This document shows positions 51,852-61,679 of a DNA stretch of 64,000 nt, in pieces. Below the pieces are notes generated by a model. The model saw nothing but the letters and a program-made list of their open reading frames with translations. It was not told the DNA's origin and ran no database searches. The translations under genes were made by a program, and so were the position numbers. The stretch comes from an uncultured Rivularia sp. (GTDB lineage Bacteria; Cyanobacteriota; Cyanobacteriia; Cyanobacteriales; Nostocaceae). Positions within the stretch are counted from its first letter, which is position 1, and each line of letters starts with the position of its first letter. The DNA is taken from contig OY762007.1 in NCBI GenBank assembly GCA_963665115.1, forward strand, positions 3,808,001 to 3,872,000, read 5' to 3'.

Positions 51852-52670
51852 CTATTGAGCCTTTTTAATAAAAGCTCTAATTTCTTTAGCTACATCAGAA
51901 GCGCATGATTGAGGTAAATTATCTTCTCCACGATCGATTATTTTCAACTTACCTTGAGGAGTAAGTTTGGCGTAAATTTGACTCCTTTTTAAAGCATCTG
52001 GCGTATCTTTTCCACCTTGCAATATCAAAACCGGAATTTGGATTAAATCCAATTTTTCCTGTAATAATTCCGCTTCAATTTCTGGAAACTGACGCTGATA
52101 CAATAATTGACTTCCCGTTGGATTTTCTAATAATATTCGTCTTTGCTGTAAATCTTCTTTTATTTTGGTTTCCCAACCAAGCATTTTCGCGAAAGGACGA
52201 AATATTTGTAAAAGCCTAAATATAAATGATGGCTTCTGTATTAAACGCCGCATTTTTTGCCAACGTTTTTGAAATCCATCGATTTCTACACCTTCTGGAG
52301 ATAGTAATACTAAACCTTGAACTTTCTCTGGATATTTTAAAGTACAACTAGCAGCAATCCATGCTCCTAAAGAATTTCCTGCTAAATACACTTTCTCTAA
52401 TTTTAAAGCTTGTAAAAACTCAACTAAAGAATCAACGTGCAAATCAATTGTATGATGAACGTCGGGATATTCTGACTCGCCGAATCCCAACATATCTGGT
52501 GCAAAACAATGAAAATCTCGGGATATCAATTCCATTATCGATACCCATTCACTGCTATCGCACCAAGCACCATGCACAAAAACTACCGGAATACCATAAC
52601 CAACTTCACGCCAGAATAATAACCCTTGAGAAAGCTTTCTCCGAGAGTTACGGAATAACATCGTATCCAT
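51852..52670 (-). CDS. alpha/beta hydrolase
   Basis: VFVHG, PDMLGFGES, GNSLG nucleophile elbow. Confidence 0.9.
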   Translation of the reverse strand: MDTMLFRNSRRKLSQGLLFWREVGYGIPVVFVHGAWCDSSEWVSIMELISRDFHCFAPDMLGFGESEYPDVHHTIDLHVDSLVEFLQALKLEKVYLAGNSLGAWIAASCTLKYPEKVQGLVLLSPEGVEIDGFQKRWQKMRRLIQKPSFIFRLLQIFRPFAKMLGWETKIKEDLQQRRILLENPTGSQLLYQRQFPEIEAELLQEKLDLIQIPVLILQGGKDTPDALKRSQIYAKLTPQGKLKIIDRGEDNLPQSCASDVAKEIRAFIKKAQ

Positions 52671-52898
52671 ATTGAATTTAATTTAGCAGTTAAATTTAAC
52701 AAGTTTGATTCTTTAGTTACTTTGATGCTGAAATTATCGTATAAAACGACTATTACCGATTATTTTTAATCGTTTTTTCTGTTAATAGCGTTTCCTACTC
52801 TCTTCTTTTGACCATTTATTTAGCACAAATTGGTACGTCTACAGGCATAAATTTTAAACTAAATATAAAGCCTAAAATTTAGATGTTAGTACATAGTT

Positions 52899-53393
52899 TT
52901 ATGCCAATATTGTCAAGTCATTTAAGTAGTCTTGCAACTGGCGATAGTGGTCGTGAGACATTGGTTCTTTGGGTAAAGAGTTGCGAGGAAAAGCTTGAAT
53001 TTCACTTGCTTCTAAAGTGTCTTGAATTTCCATTTCCCCTCTAACTTCCGCCTCCGCGACAACACAGATTGAATGGATTCTGGGGTCCCTATCTGGTGCT
53101 GAGTAAACTCCAACCAAACGCCGAATTTTCACTAACTCTAATCCGGTTTCTTCCATTAATTCACGTTGAATTGTGGTGGGAACATCTTCTCCCCAATCTA
53201 CCATCCCACCGGGCAAAGACCATAGACCGTTGTCTCTTCGCCGAATTAATACAATCCGTCCATCGGGTAATATCGGAATGATACTTGTCCCCGTTATCGG
53301 ATGACGGAAGATAATACCCAGTATTGTTTGTCCATAGCGCCATAAAGTCCGTGTGGACTGTACGGCTGCACCAAATAAAGCAGCAACGTTCAA
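52899..53393 (-). CDS. NUDIX hydrolase
   Basis: PGGMVDWGEDVPTTIQRELMEETGL Nudix box. Confidence 0.92.
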   Translation of the reverse strand: MNVAALFGAAVQSTRTLWRYGQTILGIIFRHPITGTSIIPILPDGRIVLIRRRDNGLWSLPGGMVDWGEDVPTTIQRELMEETGLELVKIRRLVGVYSAPDRDPRIHSICVVAEAEVRGEMEIQDTLEASEIQAFPRNSLPKEPMSHDHYRQLQDYLNDLTILA

Positions 53394-53626
53394 TGTTCAA
53401 GTTTATGTGTTGTACTCACTTACTCTGACTCACACTCATTCATACAACCACCATTTTGTATGGCAGCTTTGATACAAAAATATTTGTGTGTCAGGCTTTA
53501 TTCTAACAATTACCATTTTGTAAAACGGTAGTCATAGAACAGATTAATTTTACCATCCAAAGACTTAATATTTATTGTGTATAACTATACTTTCAGGCGC
53601 AATATTTTATAAAAAATTATCAGTTT

Positions 53627-53668
53627 GTAATCGGTGTTACAATTACTGCTATTTGTCGAAAATATTCT
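53627..53668 (+). promoter_or_regulatory. putative NtcA-activated promoter
   Basis: tGTA-ATCGGTGT-TACa (53627-53640), then 22 nt, then TATTCT (53663-53668): GTA-N8-TAC-N22-TA-N3-T. Confidence 0.6.
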
Positions 53669-54255
53669 TCTGTCAGCAATTAAGCATATAGTTAATTCCG
53701 AGCAAAATTTTACGTCAGAGCAATCGCTTTTTAAGATTTAATAATTGGAATTCGATCTTTTTGTTAAGATTAAAATCGCTATTGCGATAAATTAAATTAT
53801 AGTTTATCAAGCAAAAATATTTTAAAAATATAGCTTTTTATAGTTTAGACCAACTACATCTAACTGATATAATTGCTAATAAGTAGTTAAAGATTAAAAG
53901 ATCAATTCAAATATTTAACTTATAATTAGGGTCACGCTTCTATATAAAATTAAGGGATAAGTCACTTTCCGTAAGACTTTTATTTTTTTAAAAGTGCGAT
54001 AGCCTATCTTTTGTTACACTAATAATTTTCGATAATCCCCTAATTTTTAACAAAATATTAGATATAAAATTTAGAATGGTATAAACTTAGTAAGAGCCAT
54101 TGACATTATAAAAATAAATGGGATAGACTGTATTGCTGTTTAAAATATGCTAGTAACTGGTTTAGGCTAGAATGTTATTAACATCAATTAGATAGTAAAA
54201 AAATGTCTATCTAATGCCGATCGGGAACTTAAACGTTGTTTATTTAGAGGTGAAT

Positions 54256-54445
54256 ATGGCTAAGCGCCGTAACCTAAAGAAAGAAAAGGCGTTACGGAAC
54301 CAGGCATATGCCCGCAAGTTTCGTAAACGGACAAATACAGGACGCTATCAAAGAAGGTACCAGCAAGGGGCCGCCTAAATCAGAAGAAGAGAATTCATCA
54401 AATAATAATGATGATAATAACGGCGCTACCACTGCTACTGACTAA
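54256..54445 (+). CDS. small Arg/Lys-rich protein (missing from the ORF track); apparent +1 frameshift at G4 54367-54370
   Basis: RBS GAGGTG; MAKRRNLKKEKALRNQAYARKFRKRTNTGRYQRRYQQG. As written it stops at 54378 (40 aa); with one G removed it continues PPKSEEENSSNNNDDNNGATTATD* (62 aa). A terminator follows. Confidence 0.72.
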
Positions 54446-54480
54446 TCTTCTAATTTCAATTTTTACTTTTGTAAGTTCTG

Positions 54481-54522
54481 AATTGCGGAGCGTGTATATA
54501 AACGCTCCGCAATTGCTTTTTT
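54481..54522 (+). terminator. rho-independent terminator
   Basis: AATTGCGGAGCGT / ACGCTCCGCAATT stem followed by a T run. Confidence 0.8.
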
Positions 54523-54587
54523 CAGTTACCAGTTAGCTAGTTTTCCCGTTCAATACTTATTCTTAAGGGAGCAGGGAGTGTAGGTAA

Positions 54588-54791
54588 AGGGGGAAGAGGG
54601 GGAAGTGTAGGAAGAGGGGGAAGAGGGGGAAGAGGGGGAAGAGGGGGTAAAAAATTATCAACTCATTACTCATAACTTATTACTCCCTACTCCCTACTCC
54701 CTACTCATAACTTATTACTCCCTACTCATTACTCCCTACTCCCTACTCCCTACTCATAACTCATAACTCCCTACTCCCTACTCCCTACTCA
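54588..54791. repeat. GAGGGGGAA nonamer and ACTCCCT/ACTCATA heptamer arrays
   Basis: Tandem arrays downstream of argH. Confidence 0.88.
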
Positions 54792-56204
54792 TTACTTATT
54801 ACTCCCTTCCCCCTTCCCATCAATTTGATCGCGGGCAACCTGTAACGCTTGATTTACCTGCTCGAAGCCCGTTCCGCCATAGCTATTACGTGCAGCTACA
54901 ACTTGACGAGGTGATATCGCTTCATAAATATCCTTGTCAAATTTCGGATGTAGCTGTTTCCATTCTTCTAAACTCAAATCTTTTAAAAGTTTACCAGCAG
55001 CAATACTGGTTTTTACTACCTTACCAACCAGGTTATAAGCTTCTCGGAAGGGAACACCCCGCGCCGCGAGATAATCTGCTACATCGGTGGCATTAGAAAA
55101 GTCTTCCGCTACGGCTTCTGCTAACCGTTGAGTGCGAAATTCCAAACCTTCTCTGAGCAAAATTGTCATTGCTGACAAACAAGCTTTGACGGTATTTACC
55201 CCATCGAATAAACCTTCTTTGTCTTCTTGCAAGTCTTTGTTGTAAGCCAGTGGTAATCCCTTCATCATTACCAACATTGCTTGCAGATGACCGAACACCC
55301 TGCCAGTTTTACCCCGCACTAATTCCGGTACGTCGGGATTTTTCTTTTGCGGCATAATGCTCGAACCAGTTGCACAACTATCTTTAAGCGTGACAAAGCC
55401 GAATTCCTCGGAAGACCATAAAATCACCTCTTCCGACAAACGGCTGAGGTGAACCATTATCAAACTAGCTGCACTCAAAAATTCAATGGCAAAATCTCTG
55501 TCACTTACTCCATCAAGGCTGTTGTCGTAAACCTTGTCAAAATTTAATAGTTTGGCGCTGTAATGTCTATCTATAGGAAAAGTAGTTCCCGCTAAAGCAC
55601 CGCAACCCAAAGGTGAAATATTTACACGCTTATAAACATCTCCCAAACGTTCCCAATCTCGTTGCGACATTTGGAAATAAGCTAAGAGATGATGAGCAAG
55701 ACTTAAAGGTTGAGCGCGTTGTAGATGAGTGTAGCCAGGAATCAAAGTTTCAACGTTTTTTTCGGCAATATCAACTAAAACAGCTTGAAATTCTCGTAAC
55801 AATTGACGAATTTGCTGAATTTGTTCGCGTAAATAAAGTCTCGTATCCGTACCAACTTGGTCGTTCCGAGAACGTCCGGTATGCAGCTTTTTACCCACAT
55901 CGCCAACAATCTCTACCAAACGATGTTCGACAGCAAAATGTACATCTTCTGAATCAACATCCGGATTAAAATTACTATTCCGGTATTCCTGACGAATTTG
56001 TTCTAAGCCAGCAACTAACTGTTCCCCTTCCTCCGAAGAAATAATGCCGCACTTCGCCAACATTTTCGCATGAGCAACCGAACCAGTTAAATCGTATTCA
56101 ATTAATTCAATATCGAAATGGATGCTGGCATTAAAGCGAGCGATAGTAGGATGCAATGCTGATTCAAACCGCTGGCTCCAAGTTTGCTGTTGTGTTTGTG
56201 TCAT
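54792..56204 (-). CDS. argH: argininosuccinate lyase
   Basis: [36 protein letters not shown] at 56204 preferred. Confidence 0.97.
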   Translation of the reverse strand: MTQTQQQTWSQRFESALHPTIARFNASIHFDIELIEYDLTGSVAHAKMLAKCGIISSEEGEQLVAGLEQIRQEYRNSNFNPDVDSEDVHFAVEHRLVEIVGDVGKKLHTGRSRNDQVGTDTRLYLREQIQQIRQLLREFQAVLVDIAEKNVETLIPGYTHLQRAQPLSLAHHLLAYFQMSQRDWERLGDVYKRVNISPLGCGALAGTTFPIDRHYSAKLLNFDKVYDNSLDGVSDRDFAIEFLSAASLIMVHLSRLSEEVILWSSEEFGFVTLKDSCATGSSIMPQKKNPDVPELVRGKTGRVFGHLQAMLVMMKGLPLAYNKDLQEDKEGLFDGVNTVKACLSAMTILLREGLEFRTQRLAEAVAEDFSNATDVADYLAARGVPFREAYNLVGKVVKTSIAAGKLLKDLSLEEWKQLHPKFDKDIYEAISPRQVVAARNSYGGTGFEQVNQALQVARDQIDGKGEGSNK

Positions 56205-56366
56205 AGATTGGGAATTGGGGAGATGGGGAGATGGAGAGCGAGTAGTGAGTAAATGAGTAGCGAACCACCCCTTTAACAGCCTCATGACAATAATGGGGGA
56301 GAAAGTAATTTACTTGCTACTTGCTACTTACTACTCCTAACTCCTAAACTTTAAACTTTGACCTTA

Positions 56367-56618
56367 TTAACCGTAGCTTGTTAAATTGCGAATTAAATAA
56401 CCAACTACTAATCCAATTAAAAGCGCCCAAATTTGACCTGTTTCGACAAAGTTATTCCAAGCTTTTTGTACTTGACCTATAAGGTCGGGGTCGGTGACGT
56501 TTTGAGCTAATACACTCCAGTTTACAGGTATTCGGTTCTGAGCATTAACAGTATTTGATAATAAAATTGTTGTCCACAAACTAATAGCAAATCCACCCAA
56601 GATCGACGCTAGTTTCAT
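56367..56618 (-). CDS. small hypothetical membrane protein
   Basis: 83 aa with two hydrophobic segments (GQIWALLIGLVVGYLI); co-oriented between larB and argH. Confidence 0.75.
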   Translation of the reverse strand: MKLASILGGFAISLWTTILLSNTVNAQNRIPVNWSVLAQNVTDPDLIGQVQKAWNNFVETGQIWALLIGLVVGYLIRNLTSYG

Positions 56619-56668
56619 TTTTAACTTACCTATTGGTTAGCATCACCGTGATAGCTCAAAGATGTAAA

Positions 56669-57445
56669 CTATGCCATCCGTAATTTCTCGGCAGACCTCA
56701 AAATTTGTCCTGCTAAAACGGCTGCACCAAATCCATTATCAATATTTACAACTCCTATACCCGCAGCACATGAGTTAAGCATTGTTAGTAAAGGTGCCAG
56801 TCCACCAAAACTTGCTCCGTAACCGATACTGGTCGGTACGGCAATTACTGGGGAGTCTGCTAAACCTGCTACAACACTTGGTAAAGCTCCTTCCATACCC
56901 GCGACAACAATTAATACAGATGCCGACTCGATGACATGGCGATTACTTAACAAGCGATGAATTCCCGCAACTCCCACATCCCACAGCCTTTGTACCTCGA
57001 AACCAAAAAGCTCTGCGGTAACTGCGGCTTCTTCAGCAACTGGTAAATCAGCTGTTCCAGCAGTAAGTATACCAATTGTACCGGAATATCGAACTTTGAC
57101 TTGAGGAGGTGCGATCGCGCAGATTTGAGCAGATTCGTAATAACGCAAACCCCTTACTTTCGGTTGCAGGGTAACGAAAACTTCCTGAGTAATACGAGTT
57201 GCCATCACAACTTGATTCTGTAAACGCATCACCTCCATAATCCGAGCAATTTGTTCGGCAGTTTTATCTTGGCCCCAAATGACTTCAGGGAAACCAGTTC
57301 TTAAAGAGCGGTGATGGTCAATTTTGGCAAAATCTTCTACAGATTCGTAAGCTAAATTTTTGAGTTGAGAAAATGCAGCATCCGCCGTTACGTTACCGTT
57401 AGCAACAGCATTTAATAGAGATTGTAGAGATTTTTCATCAGTCAT
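56669..57445 (-). CDS. larB: nickel pincer cofactor biosynthesis protein LarB (CpmA-like)
   Basis: AGTADLPVAEEA, DVGVAGIHRL, AGMEGALPSVV, VNIDNGFGAA. Confidence 0.92.
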   Translation of the reverse strand: MTDEKSLQSLLNAVANGNVTADAAFSQLKNLAYESVEDFAKIDHHRSLRTGFPEVIWGQDKTAEQIARIMEVMRLQNQVVMATRITQEVFVTLQPKVRGLRYYESAQICAIAPPQVKVRYSGTIGILTAGTADLPVAEEAAVTAELFGFEVQRLWDVGVAGIHRLLSNRHVIESASVLIVVAGMEGALPSVVAGLADSPVIAVPTSIGYGASFGGLAPLLTMLNSCAAGIGVVNIDNGFGAAVLAGQILRSAEKLRMA

Positions 57446-57452
57446 AATTTAT

Positions 57453-57660
57453 TTGGGGATTGGGGATTGGGGATTGGGAATTGGTAATTGGGGATTGGTA
57501 ATTGGTAATTGGTAATTGGGGATTGGGGATTGGGGATTGGGGATTGGGAATTGGGGATTGGGGATTGGGGATTGGGGATTTGGGATTGGGGATTGGGGAT
57601 TAGGGATTGGGGATTGGGGATTTGGGATTGGGGATTGGGGATTAGGGATTGGGGATTGGG
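57453..57660. repeat. STRR1-type heptamer array (TTGGGGA)n
   Basis: About 30 tandem 7-mers with variants. Confidence 0.95.
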
Positions 57661-57797
57661 AAATTTTTTCTACGTGCAAAATAAGAAGGGAGCAAGATGC
57701 TCCCACTACCAATAATATTAATTCTTAACTCCTAACTCCTAACTCCTAACTCCTAACTATTCTCCACGCCCAATCCCCCATGCCCCATTCCCATTTT

Positions 57798-59570
57798 TTA
57801 TTCTTTCGTTAATTTAACTTCGTCAATATTCCAGAAAGCACCGCCTATGGCATTGAATTTAGTGCCTTCAATATTGTTGCGGATGGCTCCTAGTGAGAGG
57901 GGATTGACTAGGTAGATAAAAGGTAGATTTTCCTGGGTGATTTTTTGGGTTTCGCCGTATATTTCTTTGACTTTTTCTTCGTCTAATTCCTGTGTAGCTT
58001 TGACGTAAAGTCTGGCAATTTCTGCTTCCCAAGGTTCAACTTCCCAGCCTTCAATTGGTTTTTGTCCGGCTTGTGGTTTCTGATTAAACATATGCAATCC
58101 ACCTTCGGGTTTCCATACGTTGGCACCATCGTTTGGTTCTAAGCCACCCGTTAAACCAATCAATGCCATTTCAAAGTCTAAGCTATTGGAAATTTTATCT
58201 AAATAAGTATTCCAAGCAAGAGGTGTAAAATCAACTTGAATGCCGATTTTACTCAAATCTGATTTGATTTGCGCTCCCATAGCTTCGCGAATTTTGTTAC
58301 CGGAATTAGTTAGTAAAGTGAAGCGGACGCGATTTCCATCTTTGTCTAATAATTGACCTTGAGAGTTAGATTTAAATCCGGCTTTCTTGAGTAATTCTCT
58401 GGCTTTATCTAAATTGTAATCATAAACTTTTAAGCCTTCTTCTGGAGGTAGGTAATAAGGGCTTTGTACGGAAATTGGAGAATTTTGTTTTTGCCCCAAA
58501 CCACGAAATGTGTTGTTAATCATGGTTTCGCGATCGATAGCGTATGCTACAGCTTGGCGGAATTCTTTAGAATTAAACCATTTTGATTTTACTGGGTTAA
58601 CTAAAGGCTTACCGTTTCTGCTGCCTTTATTCAAATTAAAAAAGACAAAAGATGTACCAGTAGCCGGGCCACCATTCTCTATTTTAAAGTTACCCCGCTT
58701 TTCTTCTTTCTTAAGTAAAGAAAAATAGTCTGGTGTTACCCCTATATAATCCAAGCTACCGGAACGGAATTGTAATAAGGAAGTATCTTGAGATTCAACA
58801 ATTTCCCAATTTACTCTATCAATGAATGGTTTATCTTTTTTCCAGTAATTAGGATTGCGTTGAAATACAACACGTTGAGTAGTATTGTAACGTCCTAATT
58901 TGTAGGGACCATTGGTAACAATCTCATCAACGGGAGTATCAACACTCCATTTTTGTAGAAATAACGGTTTCCCTTCCGAATCTTTCTTTTCTACCGATTC
59001 TCGTAGAGCATGAGCCGGTAAAATCGGAGTTCCCATATTTTGTAAAAAAGGTCGAAAAGGTTCGGGTAAAGTAAATTCAACTTGGCGATCGCTGAGTTTT
59101 CTAACTTTTGGTAATTGACCGCTTTCCCCAATTTTTAAACCATCTTTAACATCACTCGGAATTTCTTTATTAAAGTAAATGTTGTTGTAACTAAATACGA
59201 CATCTTCTGCTGTTAAAGGTTTACCGTCAGACCATTTCAAATTTTCACGTAGAGTAAACACAAACCGCAAACCATCATCGGAAATTGTCCAGGATTCAGC
59301 TAATTCTGGCTCTGTTTCTCCAGTTATAGGGTTTTGAGTAGTTAACCCGACAAAAGTATAGGGAAAAATATTAGGAGACTCTTGAGAAAGAGCGTAGTTA
59401 AATGTTTTCGGATCGCTGAGAGTACTAAGTATTAACGCTGGTTTTTCTGCTGCTTCGCTTCTAAAATTAGCTGGATTGCAAGCAGCAACCGTGAGTGCAC
59501 TTATCGCTGCCAGAATAACTGGTAAACGCAAACGCCGAAAGTTAGGAATTAAAGAACGAATTCTTAGCAT
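57798..59570 (-). CDS. peptide/nickel ABC transporter substrate-binding lipoprotein (family 5)
   Basis: Lipobox VAAC; LAESWTIS, FTLRENLKWSDGKPLTAEDVVFS, FRQAVAYAIDRE. Confidence 0.93.
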   Translation of the reverse strand: MLRIRSLIPNFRRLRLPVILAAISALTVAACNPANFRSEAAEKPALILSTLSDPKTFNYALSQESPNIFPYTFVGLTTQNPITGETEPELAESWTISDDGLRFVFTLRENLKWSDGKPLTAEDVVFSYNNIYFNKEIPSDVKDGLKIGESGQLPKVRKLSDRQVEFTLPEPFRPFLQNMGTPILPAHALRESVEKKDSEGKPLFLQKWSVDTPVDEIVTNGPYKLGRYNTTQRVVFQRNPNYWKKDKPFIDRVNWEIVESQDTSLLQFRSGSLDYIGVTPDYFSLLKKEEKRGNFKIENGGPATGTSFVFFNLNKGSRNGKPLVNPVKSKWFNSKEFRQAVAYAIDRETMINNTFRGLGQKQNSPISVQSPYYLPPEEGLKVYDYNLDKARELLKKAGFKSNSQGQLLDKDGNRVRFTLLTNSGNKIREAMGAQIKSDLSKIGIQVDFTPLAWNTYLDKISNSLDFEMALIGLTGGLEPNDGANVWKPEGGLHMFNQKPQAGQKPIEGWEVEPWEAEIARLYVKATQELDEEKVKEIYGETQKITQENLPFIYLVNPLSLGAIRNNIEGTKFNAIGGAFWNIDEVKLTKE

Positions 59571-59679
59571 TTAGGTAGATATACGAGTAGTTGATGATAT
59601 TGATTGCGATTGTAGCGAATACAGAGATTAGTTAGGAGTTAGGAGTTGTAAATCCCAATGCCCCATTACCAATTACCAA

Positions 59680-60156
59680 TTACCTAATCAACAAAACCAC
59701 AGCATAAGCACAAATCCCTTTTTCTTCACCTACGGGGCCTAATTTTTCATTAGTAGTAGCTTTGACACCAACTTGATTGGGTTCAATTTGTAAAACCCCC
59801 GCCAACTTTTCGCGCATTTTTTCAATGTGGGGTTTTAGTTTAGGACGCTCTGCTACTACTACCGAATCAATATTTCCTACGCGCCAATTTTGTTCTTTAA
59901 TCAAATTATTAACATTATCTAAAAGCATCAAACTATCAGCACCAGCCCATTTATCATCGCTGGGGGGGAAATAATGTCCAATATCGCCCAAAGAAAGCGC
60001 ACCCAACATCGCGTCCATAATCGCATGAGTTAGAACATCAGCATCGCTATGTCCTAACAAACCCAAAGAATGAGAAATTTCCACACCACCCAAAATCAAC
60101 CGGCGATCGGTAGTCAAGCGATGGATATCGTAACCGTTTCCAATACGAACATTCAT
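59680..60156 (-). CDS. ispF: 2-C-methyl-D-erythritol 2,4-cyclodiphosphate synthase
   Basis: [29 protein letters not shown]. Confidence 0.97.
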   Translation of the reverse strand: MNVRIGNGYDIHRLTTDRRLILGGVEISHSLGLLGHSDADVLTHAIMDAMLGALSLGDIGHYFPPSDDKWAGADSLMLLDNVNNLIKEQNWRVGNIDSVVVAERPKLKPHIEKMREKLAGVLQIEPNQVGVKATTNEKLGPVGEEKGICAYAVVLLIR

Positions 60157-60231
60157 AATCAGGTTAAAGGTTAAAGGTTAAAGGTTAAAGGTCAAAGGTA
60201 ATAGTTAGGAGTTAGGAGGTAATAAGTAATG

Positions 60232-60312
60232 GTAGTGCGTTAGCGCAGCGTGTCCGTAAGGATATGCATCTTGCTCGCTGGTTATATATAGCGAGCAAGA
60301 TGCTCGTACTAC
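60232..60312. repeat. GTAG-type REP doublet with a ~26-nt insert in the left arm
   Basis: GTAGTGCG[TTAGCGCAGCGTGTCCGTAAGGATAT]GCATCTTGCTCGCT / AGCGAGCAAGATGCTCGTACTAC; single arms also near 40752, 51815 and 57688. Confidence 0.8.
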
Positions 60313-60343
60313 CTTTCTCCTTGTCTCCTTGTCCCCCTCTCCA

Positions 60344-61069
60344 TCACCCCATCTCCCCCTCTACCCCCTCTCCCCCTCTCTCCTTCTCCTCAAGCCATGC
60401 TTCATACAAATCGGGACGACGTTTGCGGGTTCTGGCTATTTGTTGCTCGTAACGCCATTGGGCTATTGCTGCATGGTTTCCGGATAATAATACATCGGGG
60501 ACTTTGCGATCGCGAAAGATGGCGGGGCGGGTGTATTGGGGATAATCTAATAATCCTTCTTCAAAACTTTCTAATTTTAAAGATTCTGCTTTACCTACGG
60601 TTCCAGGAAGCAAACGTACTACTCCATTAACTAATGCCATTGACGGTATTTCACCACCTGTCAAAATAAAGTCTCCTAAAGAAACTTCACGGGTGACTAA
60701 TTCTAATACTCTCTCATCAACTCCTTCGTAATGGCCGCAAATTATAACTATTTGGTCGTAATTTCCAGATAATTCTCTTAATAAAGGCTGATTTATGGTT
60801 TCTCCTTGAGGACTCATCATAATTACCTCTCGTCGTTGCAACATTGGTAGCGATTCGACGGCGGAGAAAATGGGGCCGGGCTTCATTAACATCCCTACTC
60901 CCCCACCATAAGGTTCATCATCAACTTTCCGGTGCTTGTCGGTGGTAAAGTCTCGCGGATTGACAAAATGCACGCTGGCAATCTGTTTTGCTAAAGCTTT
61001 ACCAATCAGCCCGGAATTTAGAATGGAAGTAAAACAATCGGGAAATAGCGTAACTATATCAAAACGCAC
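60344..61069 (-). CDS. trmD: tRNA (guanosine(37)-N1)-methyltransferase
   Basis: VDDEPYGGGVGM, CGHYEGVDER, SLGDFILTGGE, PDVLLSGNH. Confidence 0.97.
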   Translation of the reverse strand: MRFDIVTLFPDCFTSILNSGLIGKALAKQIASVHFVNPRDFTTDKHRKVDDEPYGGGVGMLMKPGPIFSAVESLPMLQRREVIMMSPQGETINQPLLRELSGNYDQIVIICGHYEGVDERVLELVTREVSLGDFILTGGEIPSMALVNGVVRLLPGTVGKAESLKLESFEEGLLDYPQYTRPAIFRDRKVPDVLLSGNHAAIAQWRYEQQIARTRKRRPDLYEAWLEEKERGGEGVEGEMG

Positions 61070-61679
61070 AGTAATTCGTATTGGAGGACACTATTCTTGA
61101 ATTAAACTCGCTCGGCTCAGGTGCAGAAGCAATGTTTACTAGATTACATTTAAACTTTATTTAAAGTATATAAAAGTACTTAGGATAGGATATTTTCTGT
61201 TAAAACGAAAGTTTTTCTAATTACTTAATTTATGTTTAAATATTGTCACATCTAAATTTAAATTAAAGATTCATCTCGGCGCGAACAACAACGCAGCATG
61301 ATTGTATCCTGCATTGCGACGGTTGTTGTCCTTTCTCTATGCTTTATCCCAACCACTTTGCCTTGGTGGCAGGTAAGGGAAACTAAAAAGGAACTGGTGA
61401 AATACCTTGTTTCGGCTGGCGAAAAGAAGAGATAATGGGGCGTTATAGATATTCGGCCGTGTCTGCTCGTTCGGGCTTTGAGCTAAAAAGCGAAAAAGCT
61501 AAAAGCCATAGTTCGCGAAAACACGAAAAACGTCGCAATTGCAATAAAACTGGCAGCCGAACGGACATTCCGGTGAAAAATAAACGACAAAAACAGAAAA
61601 TGTCCTGCCGATTATAATACGAACGCGAACTGTCCGCGAAGTAAAATTCACCCGAGACGGTTGTTGACAGGAGACAATT

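Noticed and set aside
56205..56285. Extended argH N-terminus in the ORF track
   Set aside because: Reads through repeat-like spacer DNA; the conserved sequence starts at ATG 56204.
57449..57728. ORFs encoding (QSPIPNP)n / (GIGDWGL)n
   Set aside because: Translations of the STRR heptamer array; 7-nt periodicity and open frames on both strands.
61134..61147. NtcA-like box GTT-N8-TAC upstream of cphB
   Set aside because: One mismatch and no TA-N3-T at 22 nt; plausible biologically but not supportable from sequence alone.
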